64,000 bases of DNA from the IMG/VR virus record IMGVR_UViG_3300013121_000022, positions 32,001 through 96,000 of that record; one strand, 5' to 3'. Positions 1-10,188 of the stretch are shown here, piece after piece. The first letter of the stretch is position 1. Each line of letters starts with the position of its first letter. The stretch is from a virus (lineage: Duplodnaviria > Caudoviricetes). Below the pieces are notes generated by a model. That model was not told where the DNA came from. It saw nothing but the letters and a program-made list of their open reading frames with translations, and searched no databases. A program made the translations under genes and the position numbers.

Positions 1-15
1 GATAAATCTAAAGCA

Positions 16-1290
16 ATGGGATTTGATACATCCACCAGCATTTATCGCTTGCCACTAAACGCCGACATGACAAAATTCAAGCATGGATTTTTGGTGACAG
101 CGCCCGATTACTATACTCCAAGAGGGCCAAGCTCCAACAACGAAGTTCGCCAAGTGTTCGGCAAGCATCTTCCGGGACAACATGACCAGAGAGATCATGC
201 ACCTGCCCATCTATCCGACTCTGAGCATCAACGCTATGCCCGAAGTCGAGTTAAACGAGAATCGCTGGTGGCTAATGGACTCAAGGGTTATCGAGCACTA
301 ATTCAGTTGGTCGGCGGAGATCGCGCCAGTGAATTAGTCGCGTCTTATCGTCGCTATCGTCCAAGCAGATCGGCGCAGATCGTTTCTCGCTGGTTATTAG
401 ACCTGCATATCCCCCACGAGATGGAAGTAAAGCTTGCCCCTGAAATCTATGTTGACATCATGTTTGGGAACAAGATTATTGAACTACGTGGAAAGAATCA
501 TGCCAATCGATCAAAAGAATATGCCGCACAGCGCAAAGAAATTCAAAAGCGCAAAGCGGATATTGCTCAAAATCGCGGCATGTCTATATTGTATTTAACT
601 GATACAGAAATTCAAACTGGCAAAGCACTCGATAAATTGAAAGTGTTTGTGAACGAGCCTGCTCAAAAGCATCTGGCCGGAATGCATAATCAACAGGATC
701 ATGGACGCAAGAAACGCGAGTACGCCTTGACTGAAATCACTAAACAAGATGATAGTACGTGGTCAAAATCAGCAAATCAACTTTCAAAGCCCAATCATCC
801 GCGTTTTGATGACATCTTGAAATCAGCAATCTATATATATTCAGCCCTTGAAGATCAACAAAAATCAAAAGGCACATACAAGGTTGTTGGTCTGCGAGAC
901 AATTCCAATGTACTACAAGCGTTTTTTGGAGTAGATACATTAGACGCAGGCAAACTAAATAAGCTGAAAGACTATGGCATGTCTAATTCAGACGCAGATC
1001 AAATCAAAGATGCGTTGTACCTTGATTCCTTGTCGGTAGCTCCCTGGCATTTTGGAGATGACGGTGTTTCTGGTTGGGGAATTGAGATTATGAGATCGGC
1101 CATTAATTATGCCAAAAACAATCACAAGAATGGTATATTTCTAGTATCTGCCGATTCGGGATCGGACTCTTTTTACAATCTAATTGACATGAAGAAAATA
1201 TCAACACTCAACAATAAGCAGGGCTATTTTTGGAATACGCAAGACATGGAGGCGTTTTTGAATGAGTATCAACTTAGACAAAGCAAGTAA
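16..1290 (+). CDS. Modular effector/cargo polyprotein: His tag, Vsr/DUF559-like endonuclease, His tag, GNAT acetyltransferase (probably begins upstream of the window)
   Basis: Frame is open from base 1. Tags KHLPGQHDQRDH (163) and KHLAGMHNQQDHG (667). PD-(D/E)xK-like YVDIMFGNKIIELRGKNH..RGMSILYL. GNAT-like LYLDSLSVAPW..GWGIEIMRSAINYA..SFY. Confidence 0.65.
   Translation: MGFDTSTSIYRLPLNADMTKFKHGFLVTAPDYYTPRGPSSNNEVRQVFGKHLPGQHDQRDHAPAHLSDSEHQRYARSRVKRESLVANGLKGYRALIQLVGGDRASELVASYRRYRPSRSAQIVSRWLLDLHIPHEMEVKLAPEIYVDIMFGNKIIELRGKNHANRSKEYAAQRKEIQKRKADIAQNRGMSILYLTDTEIQTGKALDKLKVFVNEPAQKHLAGMHNQQDHGRKKREYALTEITKQDDSTWSKSANQLSKPNHPRFDDILKSAIYIYSALEDQQKSKGTYKVVGLRDNSNVLQAFFGVDTLDAGKLNKLKDYGMSNSDADQIKDALYLDSLSVAPWHFGDDGVSGWGIEIMRSAINYAKNNHKNGIFLVSADSGSDSFYNLIDMKKISTLNNKQGYFWNTQDMEAFLNEYQLRQSK
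368..381 (+). repeat. Dispersed 14-mer GATCGGCGCAGATC (first of at least 7 exact copies)
   Basis: Exact copies at 368, 7575, 33324(-), 38149(-), 44045, 49248 and 60917. Confidence 0.85.
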
Positions 1291-3829
1291 AATAAATCCA
1301 TTCGCCGGACACAAGTCAAGTAAGTTACGATCATCGATAACTCGCGCAATCAAACACTTGCCTGGCGAACACGATCAACTTACTCACGGTCATGGAGATG
1401 GTGTTAATAACTCTCAATCGCCTCAGCCTAACACAAGTTCAGTCGCACCAAAGCCCAAATCTTTGGGATCGCAATTGCAGGGACTTTCCATTCAGGAACG
1501 CAAGGCAATGTGGCAGGCCATGTCACAAGAACAACAAGACGAACTTGTTAACGCAAAAGAATACATCAAAAACACAATCGCAACTCGCCTGAAATTCGCT
1601 GGTAGGCGTCCCACCGAAGGCGAACCAGTCAAAGCGGTCAATCAACGATTGAAGCAGATTGGGGATTTTATTACTCCTGATGCTGGTAAGCAAATTCAAA
1701 AACACATGAAAGCACTTGACGGGTTTTTGAAGGCAAGTAAAGTGGACGACGATTCAATTCGAGAAATTTTACTAGAATCAGTCGATGCCCTTGCGGTTCA
1801 GGAAAACGAGAGCTTGTCTCGATCATTGGGAGATCACGGTGTTCGTCACTTGCTAGGCGATGTCGATGCCGCACTCAGTATTCTTGAAACAGTTCCGGGG
1901 TTTGATTCTCCACAAACCAAAGCGGTAGTAACATTGGCAGGTGTCTTTCACGATTCGGGATACCTAACCGAACCAAGTCACTTCTTTTTGGATTCCGAAC
2001 ATCCACACCATTCTACTCAACACTATGAGGCCAATATTAGTCCAATGATCAAGGACGCACTCGGAGATGCCGCTGATGCCTTGTTAAAGAAAACCATTGA
2101 AACACACTATAGCAATGAACTGGATTGGGAAAACGATCCGGTGGCAAGTGCATTTCGTGTGGCTGATAACGTGGCCTTATTTCATAAGGAAAAACTACCC
2201 GGCCTTATTCATCACGTACCAGAAAACAAGCAGGTAATTTTTGACTTTGCCGATAAAAAAATTGACGTACCCGAAGCAATCAAGCGGATGAAGGCAAACA
2301 TTAAGTCCAGTTCCTTATCCGACTCAGTCAAGGCAGTGCTATCTCATGCCGCCGACGAATTCTCGCCCGTCCTTGTCAAAAATACATTGGGTATGTTGGC
2401 CGGAGAAATAAAAGGCTTTGACTGGCAAGACAATTCTCTGGTCGTAAAGGTAAAGCGCGACCAAGAAAATCTCAAGATGCATCAAGTATTTGATCTTGGG
2501 CAAAAGAACTTCACCAAGTTTGCGGAAGCATTTGGAGTTGATCCAAAGAAATTTGAGACTGAAAACAAATTTGAATTCATCGATCCACAAACAAGCAAGC
2601 TGGATATGCTGGTATTGGTAGAGGGAAAACTTGAAAAAGAATTGTTTGCCAGAATTATGAAAAGTATGAATTCATACTTACGCAAGCATCATGCCGGAGA
2701 GCACGATCAACTTACTCATGGAAACTGGTCGGATGCCACATGGAAGTCGCTCGAATCCGAATCGCAGGACAAAATTATCAATACCATGAAACACGCAAAG
2801 CCTGTAAAAGTTTTTGGTAGCAATCTTGCCAATGTATATACGTTAGACTTGAATGGCGACAGGCGTGTTGTTGAATGGGACGGTGAAGATGACTTGTATC
2901 CAGCAGTGTCGCCAATTGACGACTTTGTGTATTCCAGTTCCGGCGAACGCATGATAAATAAGATCGTCTCTAAACTTTCTGAACAATTTTCATCTGACTT
3001 CAATCAACACCCACAAACACTGTATCATGCAACTGACAGTAAAAACGTTGCATCAATAACGTCGCAAGGGCTAAAACCGTCTGACAAGACCAGAGGCATT
3101 ACAAATCGTCATGTGCATAACGCGATTTTTACAACACTCAATGAGAATTCAGCACTGTCAGGATCATATGGAGATTCGGTATTCAAGATTGACACACAGG
3201 CTATGAAACGTGACGGAATCGATCTGTCAGTCGAAAAAGAACCAGAAGCATTTCGTCAAGAAGCAACTCAAATTTTAGCCAATGCCATTGGGATTGAAGA
3301 TTTTGAGAGCAATGAATCTTTCGATAACGCTGACGACCCTGAAACGGTAATTGCCTACAATTCAATTCCGCCAAAATATCTAACGCTGGTAACTCAAAAG
3401 TCACAAGGCGATAACGCCATACTATATCATGGCACAGGCGCAGATGTAGTTGAACGCATCAAAAAGGAAGGGTTACTTCCTCCATCTCTAACTGGCAACG
3501 CAGTGGCAATGGCACATTCAATTGAAAGTGAGGAAGACGCAGATCGATACGCGTCGGTGTACTTGACTGGCAATAAAAAAAAGACATTGGCCTACGCTTT
3601 ACAATCAGCAAAGTTTCATAATGCATCTCAGGCCGCAATCATAGAGGTTGAATTGCCAGAATCGGAATCGACTATAATCGATGAATACGATTCGGAGTCG
3701 GTGAGACTTCCAGAGGTAAAGCCAGAATGGATCAAAAATATTTCGTTGTTATCTGTCGGTGATTTGGAGAGAATGACAAAAAGCGCAAGAGATAGAGAGA
3801 CTCTATACGCTGTTGTTGTAATAAAATAA
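1262..3829 (+). CDS. Modular effector/cargo polyprotein: His tag, HD domain, His tag, two ADP-ribosyltransferase-like domains
   Basis: Tags at 1352 and 2684. HD motifs DHGVRH..FHDSGY..HHS..ETH..VADN. Two ART/KptA-like motifs LYHATDSKNVASITSQGLKP..IFTT and LYHGTGADVVERIKKEGLLP..VYLT. Confidence 0.7.
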   Translation: MSINLDKASKINPFAGHKSSKLRSSITRAIKHLPGEHDQLTHGHGDGVNNSQSPQPNTSSVAPKPKSLGSQLQGLSIQERKAMWQAMSQEQQDELVNAKEYIKNTIATRLKFAGRRPTEGEPVKAVNQRLKQIGDFITPDAGKQIQKHMKALDGFLKASKVDDDSIREILLESVDALAVQENESLSRSLGDHGVRHLLGDVDAALSILETVPGFDSPQTKAVVTLAGVFHDSGYLTEPSHFFLDSEHPHHSTQHYEANISPMIKDALGDAADALLKKTIETHYSNELDWENDPVASAFRVADNVALFHKEKLPGLIHHVPENKQVIFDFADKKIDVPEAIKRMKANIKSSSLSDSVKAVLSHAADEFSPVLVKNTLGMLAGEIKGFDWQDNSLVVKVKRDQENLKMHQVFDLGQKNFTKFAEAFGVDPKKFETENKFEFIDPQTSKLDMLVLVEGKLEKELFARIMKSMNSYLRKHHAGEHDQLTHGNWSDATWKSLESESQDKIINTMKHAKPVKVFGSNLANVYTLDLNGDRRVVEWDGEDDLYPAVSPIDDFVYSSSGERMINKIVSKLSEQFSSDFNQHPQTLYHATDSKNVASITSQGLKPSDKTRGITNRHVHNAIFTTLNENSALSGSYGDSVFKIDTQAMKRDGIDLSVEKEPEAFRQEATQILANAIGIEDFESNESFDNADDPETVIAYNSIPPKYLTLVTQKSQGDNAILYHGTGADVVERIKKEGLLPPSLTGNAVAMAHSIESEEDADRYASVYLTGNKKKTLAYALQSAKFHNASQAAIIEVELPESESTIIDEYDSESVRLPEVKPEWIKNISLLSVGDLERMTKSARDRETLYAVVVIK

Positions 3830-5313
3830 TGGCCTCCAGCCTAGAAGAAAAAGCACTATACGTCAAAGCACTTTACAAACAAGGTCTAAAGTTTCCGGCA
3901 TGGAGTGTGGAACGCACTAAGTTTCATACTGAATCGTTTTGGTTATTTTCAAATTGGTTTAGACCACAATCCGAACCATATCAACCATTTCATAAAGAGT
4001 GGATGGAAATTGCTTGTGGTCAACAATTCTTTGGAGTTCTCGCACCCCGCGATCATTCAAAGTCAACAACCTTTGGATCGAACTACCCGATCTGGAGATT
4101 GTTTATGCAACCCGAATCGACTATTATGCTGGTCGCTTCTGCCGCCTCAGTTGCTGAATTACAAATGCGACGTATCAAAGAGTGCATCGAAACTGACGAC
4201 TTGCTAAAAAAGTATTTTGGAAATTTATATCCCACCAATCCAATCAAATGGACAAACACAGAAATTATCGTGGAGCGACCCGCTGGTATCGCCCATCCCT
4301 CAGTCGTAGCTCTAGGTGTTGGGGCAGCTATCCTGTCTCGTCGTGCTAAATTCGTAATAGCCGATGATATTGTGCGAGATGACGAAGTTGGAGATGAACA
4401 GCGCGAACGACTGGCGGCATGGGTTAATGGAGTTTTGCTTGGAGTTCTTGAACCTGATGATCAAGTGGGCTTTATTGGCACAAAGAAACACGAGTGGGAT
4501 TTTTACGGGCAATTAGAACAAAATCGAAAATACTTTTATCGGCGCTATGACGCGATTCAAAAAGAAAATCCAGATGGATCATGGGAAACATTGTGGCCGA
4601 GTAAATGGCCGGACAAAGCCCTAAAAGATCGTCTGGAATTACTTGGATCGCATGAATTTAATCGCAACTACCGCAACATCGCAATGGGTGACAACGAATC
4701 ACCTTTTCCGCTCAAGTGGCTTGAAAAATGCAAGCAATGGGACTTAGATTTGCATTGGGAGTATCCTTATCAAGACATCAAAAAGGTGATTTCCATAGAC
4801 TTGTCAATGAACAGTCAAACTAAAGGATCATCGGGATCGTACTTTGTTGCATTGGTCTTGGGATTGCTCCCTGATAACCGCTATATTGTGCTCAACATGA
4901 TTAGAAGCAAGACATTTAACTTTCCGCAACAGGTTGAGGAAGTGTCGCATCTTATTGAAAAATTCCCGCCCGATGCCGTGATTGTTGAAACTAATGCCTA
5001 TCAACGCGCCATGTATGATACTTTGGTGTTAAAATATCCACATATCAACATCGAATCGCACGTTACTGGTCGGAATAAAAATTCACCCGATGAAGGCATT
5101 CCAATTTTACAGCCAATCATTGAATCTGCTCGTCTTCTGTTTCCATATGCAAATCCAACTGCCAGAGCAATTAGCGATGTCATTATCGAGGAATTGAATC
5201 GACTGTTAGTTGCAAGGTACACTGATACAGTTATGGCGCTGTGGTTTGGAGTCAAGTGGTTGGCGCAATACGTGAAAACCACCAAGTACAGAACCAGAGC
5301 TGCTATTCTTTAG
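3829..5313 (+). CDS. terL: Terminase large subunit
   Basis: Walker A APRDHSKST, Walker B FVIADD, coupling motif IGT, RNaseH-like ISIDL..VETN..DTVMA; lies directly upstream of the portal. Confidence 0.92.
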   Translation: MASSLEEKALYVKALYKQGLKFPAWSVERTKFHTESFWLFSNWFRPQSEPYQPFHKEWMEIACGQQFFGVLAPRDHSKSTTFGSNYPIWRLFMQPESTIMLVASAASVAELQMRRIKECIETDDLLKKYFGNLYPTNPIKWTNTEIIVERPAGIAHPSVVALGVGAAILSRRAKFVIADDIVRDDEVGDEQRERLAAWVNGVLLGVLEPDDQVGFIGTKKHEWDFYGQLEQNRKYFYRRYDAIQKENPDGSWETLWPSKWPDKALKDRLELLGSHEFNRNYRNIAMGDNESPFPLKWLEKCKQWDLDLHWEYPYQDIKKVISIDLSMNSQTKGSSGSYFVALVLGLLPDNRYIVLNMIRSKTFNFPQQVEEVSHLIEKFPPDAVIVETNAYQRAMYDTLVLKYPHINIESHVTGRNKNSPDEGIPILQPIIESARLLFPYANPTARAISDVIIEELNRLLVARYTDTVMALWFGVKWLAQYVKTTKYRTRAAIL

Positions 5314-5322
5314 GAACACTGA

Positions 5323-7062
5323 ATGAGAAAATCAAAAACACCGACAAAGCCGCTAATCCCTAAAACAGACATCAAAGTTATTCCAGTCGAAAAGGGAATG
5401 AAAGACGATGGAACACCATTTGTTAAAGCCGTTGTGTTGAAGGGTGCAAAAAAATCACGCGTCAAGCGAGACATTTCCAAGTCGGCCTACAAAGACAATA
5501 AAATAGTTGAACCGTATCTTAAGCCAGCAGTGTTAGACGAGTTTTTGGTTGCCTCTCCAACTCATGCAATCTCAGTACACAAAAAAGCCAGACTAGTCGC
5601 CGGACTCGGCATTAAGATCATTACCCGATTTAACGCTGGAGAGGCTAGGGTAAAAATGCGAAAATGGGAAAATGCCGATCCCGAACAACAAAAAAAGCTC
5701 GATAAAAAAGAGTACGATGAAGCTAAAAAGAATTTGGCGGCATTCAAGCTCGAAAAAGAAAGATTACAAAACTGGCTGGACAGCGCAACAGACGAATCGA
5801 TCTTATTGGATATTATTGAAAACTTTTGGGCGGACTATGAGGCATTTGGTAACGGCAACTTAGAAATTCGCCGCGACGATAATGATGAAGTTGCCAAAAT
5901 CGGACACATCCCCTCACTTCGACTGAAAGTAGTTCAGGGCGGAGAGAAGTTCGCTTACTTCGCCACACCCAATCAAATCAATCCAGAATATTTCAAGCGA
6001 TTTGGCGATCCCCGACACCTAAACGCCAAAACTGGTGAATGGCGAGAGTGGAAAGGATCGATTGACGATGACGATTTTGACGCAGGCAAAGATTGGGGAG
6101 ATGACGAAGCGAATGAGGTATTGCGCTATCTGTGCTACAACTCTCGCGACATGAATTACGGCATTCCTGTTTGGTATTCAGCTTTGGCCGATATGATCGG
6201 CGCAATCGAATCGCGTGACTTCATGCTCAAGTTCTTCACCGAAAAAGCTGTGCCCATGTATGCGGTTCTACTGGAAGGCGGATCGTGGTCGGATGAAACC
6301 ATTGCCACTATTCAAAATTTCTTTCGTCGTGAACTTAACGGAAACTATCACGCGACACTCGCCCTAGAAGTTCCAGAGAATGGCAAGATTACGTTTGAGC
6401 AAATCAGCCAAGAGCCGCGCTGGTGGCCTTTCATTCTAAAATATCGTGACACTGTGCGAGATATTATTGTCTCGGTACACGGCCTTACTCCGTCCCTTGT
6501 GGGCGTCATTGAAACGGCGCACTTGGGAGGCGGAGATGGATCGGCGCAAATGGAAATGGTCAAAACCGCCGAAATCAAGCCGCGTCAAGAAAAACTTGAA
6601 TGGCTGATGAATCAAAAATTGATCAAGGATGGCATGGGATTGTCGCATGTCATGATCAAGTTTGATGAGATTGATGTCAAAGACGAATCTGCAACCGTTC
6701 AATCAGTTAATACACTTTACTCAAGTCCGCAAAGACCTGCTATTACGACCAATGAAGCAAGAGAAATGTTACGCCTTGCGCCCGTTGATGCAGAATGGGC
6801 GGACGAGCTATTGTTGCAAGACCCGCAATTCGGGTTGTTGCCTATCAGTCAAATTTCAGAGGCAGTTCGCAATCAAGCAAAGTCGGCGCAGATCGCTGGA
6901 CAGGCACAGGGCATTGAGTCTCAAACACAAAACGTTGATGGCCTGCCAGCATCGAAACCAACAGGACAACCAGAACAAGTCCCTGATTTCAACAGTATCT
7001 TTTCTGGATTACAAAAATCAAAAATCAATTTGAGGAAAGAGGTTCGAGATGCTATTAAATAG
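5323..7062 (+). CDS. Portal protein (PBSX-like)
   Basis: DYEAFGNGNLEI, YGIPVWYSAL, FF..KAVP, ITTNEAREMLRLAP; follows terL. Confidence 0.9.
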   Translation: MRKSKTPTKPLIPKTDIKVIPVEKGMKDDGTPFVKAVVLKGAKKSRVKRDISKSAYKDNKIVEPYLKPAVLDEFLVASPTHAISVHKKARLVAGLGIKIITRFNAGEARVKMRKWENADPEQQKKLDKKEYDEAKKNLAAFKLEKERLQNWLDSATDESILLDIIENFWADYEAFGNGNLEIRRDDNDEVAKIGHIPSLRLKVVQGGEKFAYFATPNQINPEYFKRFGDPRHLNAKTGEWREWKGSIDDDDFDAGKDWGDDEANEVLRYLCYNSRDMNYGIPVWYSALADMIGAIESRDFMLKFFTEKAVPMYAVLLEGGSWSDETIATIQNFFRRELNGNYHATLALEVPENGKITFEQISQEPRWWPFILKYRDTVRDIIVSVHGLTPSLVGVIETAHLGGGDGSAQMEMVKTAEIKPRQEKLEWLMNQKLIKDGMGLSHVMIKFDEIDVKDESATVQSVNTLYSSPQRPAITTNEAREMLRLAPVDAEWADELLLQDPQFGLLPISQISEAVRNQAKSAQIAGQAQGIESQTQNVDGLPASKPTGQPEQVPDFNSIFSGLQKSKINLRKEVRDAIK

Positions 7063-7360
7063 TTCAGGTGTTATTCGTCCAGAAGGAATTCCGTTTGGAC
7101 ACGCCTACAGAATTCAACCAGAGATTATCAGGCATGGCATACCCGAAGGCAACATATTAAGATGTTGGCAATGCGGATCAATCATTGGAGAAAAACAGTC
7201 GGGAACTTTTTTGGTGTCATCCAATAAAGTTGAGATTGGCGGGATACCACTGAGCCTGTCGGTCTGGCGCAGATGTCGTGGTGGAAAATCACATCCTAAT
7301 TGTCGAGCAGTCAACAAACTTCCAACAGAATGGGTTGTTACCGACAAACTTCTACAATAA
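7049..7360 (+). CDS. Small zinc-ribbon protein (Mu Com-like)
   Basis: RCWQCG...RCR..C.AVN cysteine pattern; directly after the portal. Confidence 0.45.
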   Translation: MLLNSSGVIRPEGIPFGHAYRIQPEIIRHGIPEGNILRCWQCGSIIGEKQSGTFLVSSNKVEIGGIPLSLSVWRRCRGGKSHPNCRAVNKLPTEWVVTDKLLQ

Positions 7361-7395
7361 AAAAATCACCGTCTCAGGACGGTGATTTTCGTTTT
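7359..7395. terminator. Bidirectional intrinsic terminator
   Basis: AAAATCACCGTC-TCAG-GACGGTGATTTT between convergent genes. Confidence 0.8.
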
Positions 7396-7873
7396 ACTTG
7401 TTTCCAAACAGATGCTTGCGCCAAAATTGAATGCGCCCAACCCGCATCATGGATGCATACAAATTCCGATCCATAGAAATGATGTCGGTTGTTTTTAAGT
7501 TGTCTGGAACTAGATCGATCTTCCGGCTTGAAAAAATTTCCTTGAGCCGATTGGTCAGCCGTTCGACTTTTTTGGATCGGCGCAGATCGGCGTAATCGTT
7601 GTACGACACGCCATGCTTGCTTAAAATGTACCGAATACTGCCAGATGATACATTGGAAATTCGCACAGCATCAGTCAGGGTTTCGCCACTCTTGATGAGA
7701 TTAATGATACCCCGCTCATTTTCGGACGAGAGCGCCGAGATAATCGGGTTTGTTTTTCGCGTACCAGCAATTTGTCCAATGCGTTGGCGCGACAATCCCA
7801 TTGATCGGGCGATCTCTGCATCAGAACTACCCGCAATACGCATTGATTCGATTTTTTCTTTTACCTTATCCAT
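7394..7873 (-). CDS. HTH DNA-binding protein
   Basis: SDAEIARSMGLSRQRIGQI and a second HTH-like TLTDAVRISNVSSGSIRYIL. Confidence 0.65.
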   Translation of the reverse strand: MDKVKEKIESMRIAGSSDAEIARSMGLSRQRIGQIAGTRKTNPIISALSSENERGIINLIKSGETLTDAVRISNVSSGSIRYILSKHGVSYNDYADLRRSKKVERLTNRLKEIFSSRKIDLVPDNLKTTDIISMDRNLYASMMRVGRIQFWRKHLFGNK

Positions 7874-7906
7874 ATTTCACCTTAAATGATAAATCCCATA
7901 ACGGGC

Positions 7907-8341
7907 TTATTTTTTCTTATCAACAACAATGAATATTTTTTTGGCCTCTGGATGAGACTCCAGCGTGATCATCTTGCTGGTCTTTGCCGACAAACGTATC
8001 AGCCGTTGGGCGTCGTCAATTGATTCGCAGACATAGCCAACCATGTTTTGTAATTCCAGCGAGTGCAAGATAGCTGCAATGGAATGATAACAAACTGTCT
8101 TTCCGTTTCCCTGACAATCTTGTAATGTGTTATCGACATCTCGCATCATCAAGTGACATGCACACTGAACAATGCTATTGGCCTTGCGTGTAATGGTCAC
8201 GAAATACTGATTGCCACTTGTACCGGGGATGACAAACGACAGTGGTCTGCCGCTTGGATCATGGGCAACCACTCCCGCAAAGATTGAGGCCGCATACGCC
8301 TTAGAGTGTCTTGTTTTTGCCAGTTCTCTCAATGAATTCAT
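7907..8341 (-). CDS. SWIM zinc-finger protein
   Basis: G.SGNQYFV..CAC..CYH pattern. Confidence 0.55.
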   Translation of the reverse strand: MNSLRELAKTRHSKAYAASIFAGVVAHDPSGRPLSFVIPGTSGNQYFVTITRKANSIVQCACHLMMRDVDNTLQDCQGNGKTVCYHSIAAILHSLELQNMVGYVCESIDDAQRLIRLSAKTSKMITLESHPEAKKIFIVVDKKK

Positions 8342-8362
8342 ATCAATTCCTTTCTAAAAGCA

Positions 8363-8416
8363 ATTGTACCTATTACCAGTAAGATGTCAAGCTCGTTTAA
8401 CATCTTACTGGTAATA
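8363..8416 (-). promoter_or_regulatory. Sigma70-like promoter overlapped by a 17-bp inverted repeat
   Basis: TTGACA-16-TACAAT on the - strand; arms TATTACCAGTAAGATGT (8371-8387) and ACATCTTACTGGTAATA (8400-8416). Confidence 0.6.
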
Positions 8417-8418
8417 TA

Positions 8419-10095
8419 CTATTCCTCATCTGCTACAAAAATCAACTCGTGTTTTGCTCTAGTGTAGGCTACGTACACAATGTTCATTTCTTGAACAACT
8501 TCCCAATCCTTTTGATTCTTGCGAACCAACGGCAGTTGTTGAGGTTTCAAAATCCACACTCGATTTGCCTCAAGACCTTTGGCCTTGTGCACAGTCGAAA
8601 GCACGACAGCTGCAACGTCATCCGAAAACAGTTTATCAATTTCCAAGTAAATGTCTTTCGTGGACTGGCATTCAGCCAAGATTAGCCGGAGGGTTTCAAC
8701 TCGATCATTCAATGCTTCAATTTGTGAAACAGAGGCGTTGCGTTTGTTCAGTCGAGCAAGTTCTTTCACCTGATATGCATCGATTTTGGCAAACATCGTA
8801 TCGAACGTATCAGCAAAAACTTTCTTGGCAAAGCCCTTAAGCCCACCAGCAATGTCACGCCCATAAACCACTGCCTTGATTCCAGCCTTCAATAAAGCAT
8901 AGCAATTTGGAATAAGCGGAGCGTTTGTTCGGCACAAAACCATATCACCCGCTTTGATCTCTGCTTGAAAATCTTCTTGAGTAGCATGGCGAACTACGCC
9001 TTCACCAGCATTGTCATTATACTGAATGTGAGGCACAATGGTCTTTGCCAATTCAACAATCGCTTTGTCGCAACGATAGCAAACCGACAACGGCAAAACT
9101 TGGGCATTCAACAATTCGATGAGTTTAGGCATTGCCTGAGTATCAGCACCCCGAAACCCATAAATAGATTGAAAAGGATCACCTACCGCCACAATGCGGC
9201 CTGCCGGACAAGCGTTCAAAATCATCCACGCCTGAGATTCGTTCAAGTCCTGAGTTTCATCAACGCACAGAAAATCAACCGGATCGATCTGGAGTTTCAA
9301 AATATACGGCAACCAAATCATATCGTCATAATCAATTTCCTTGATGTCCGTTCGACTCTTGGCTAAGATGAGTTTCAGGGCATCTAAATACGCATCGACA
9401 TCGCCATTCAAAGCAATATTGAAATGATCAGCCATGTCAAGAACTTCATTCTTGTTGTTAGGATTGACGCACAGGTTTTTCGCTTTACTGACCAAGTGCA
9501 ACAGAGTTTGCCGACGAATAGCCGACGTTTCATCGTCTTTGTCTGTCACACGAAAAGCCGACAAAGCCTGAGTGTTATCAATCATATCGGCAACCTTGAA
9601 TTCATTTACCTTAACTCTGCCGAACTGCTTGGTGATGACAGACAAACCAAACGAGTGCAACGTACACACCCGAATCCAATTGGGTAAACGTGCTTCCAGT
9701 TCCTGCTTAATTCTTTTATTGAAGGCAACCATTACAACGGAGGGATTGCTGATGTTGTTTTTGTTTGCCCATTTAATAATTGAACCGATCATGCCTTCTA
9801 GGGTTGAAGTTTTTCCAGAACCCGCAACAGCGTCGATTACAATATGACCACGACCATTTTCAACCGCATCAAAAATTGCGGCCTGAAAAACTGAGGGGGT
9901 ATATTTCAAAGCGGGAGCGGTAAGATTTTGAATCGCATTCTGAAAGGCATCACCAACCGATTGAACTTCAACGTTCTGGCAATCAACATGAACCCAATTG
10001 CCCTTGCGATTGGTAATCATCGCACCCTGAGCAATGGGTTGCCCACACTCTTTGCATTTTGCTCCGCCGAACTTGGAAGGGAAGATTTTTGCCAT
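8419..10095 (-). CDS. UvrD/Rep-like SF1 helicase with N-terminal zinc ribbon
   Basis: AVAGSGKT, VDETQD, VGDPFQSIYGFRGA, STVHKAKGLE, YVAYTRAK. Confidence 0.93.
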   Translation of the reverse strand: MAKIFPSKFGGAKCKECGQPIAQGAMITNRKGNWVHVDCQNVEVQSVGDAFQNAIQNLTAPALKYTPSVFQAAIFDAVENGRGHIVIDAVAGSGKTSTLEGMIGSIIKWANKNNISNPSVVMVAFNKRIKQELEARLPNWIRVCTLHSFGLSVITKQFGRVKVNEFKVADMIDNTQALSAFRVTDKDDETSAIRRQTLLHLVSKAKNLCVNPNNKNEVLDMADHFNIALNGDVDAYLDALKLILAKSRTDIKEIDYDDMIWLPYILKLQIDPVDFLCVDETQDLNESQAWMILNACPAGRIVAVGDPFQSIYGFRGADTQAMPKLIELLNAQVLPLSVCYRCDKAIVELAKTIVPHIQYNDNAGEGVVRHATQEDFQAEIKAGDMVLCRTNAPLIPNCYALLKAGIKAVVYGRDIAGGLKGFAKKVFADTFDTMFAKIDAYQVKELARLNKRNASVSQIEALNDRVETLRLILAECQSTKDIYLEIDKLFSDDVAAVVLSTVHKAKGLEANRVWILKPQQLPLVRKNQKDWEVVQEMNIVYVAYTRAKHELIFVADEE

Positions 10096-10118
10096 GTTTT
10101 TTCTCTCTTTCGAGAGTC

Positions 10119-10147
10119 ATTTTAGCATGTCGGAAGTGAAAAGTCAA
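10119..10147 (-). promoter_or_regulatory. Sigma70-like promoter for the helicase
   Basis: TTGACT-17-TAAAAT on the - strand. Confidence 0.6.
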
Positions 10148-10173
10148 GTGTCATTTCAGTTCTCGTATCTTAG

Positions 10174-10182
10174 TGGTATAAT
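10174..10182 (+). promoter_or_regulatory. Extended -10 promoter, probably giving a leaderless mRNA
   Basis: TGGTATAAT ends 6 nt before the ATG at 10189; no Shine-Dalgarno visible. Confidence 0.5.
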
Positions 10183-10188
10183 CGCCCC

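Noticed and set aside
5620-5770. Possible intein or insertion element in the portal
   Set aside because: A short charged helical insert without intein splicing motifs.
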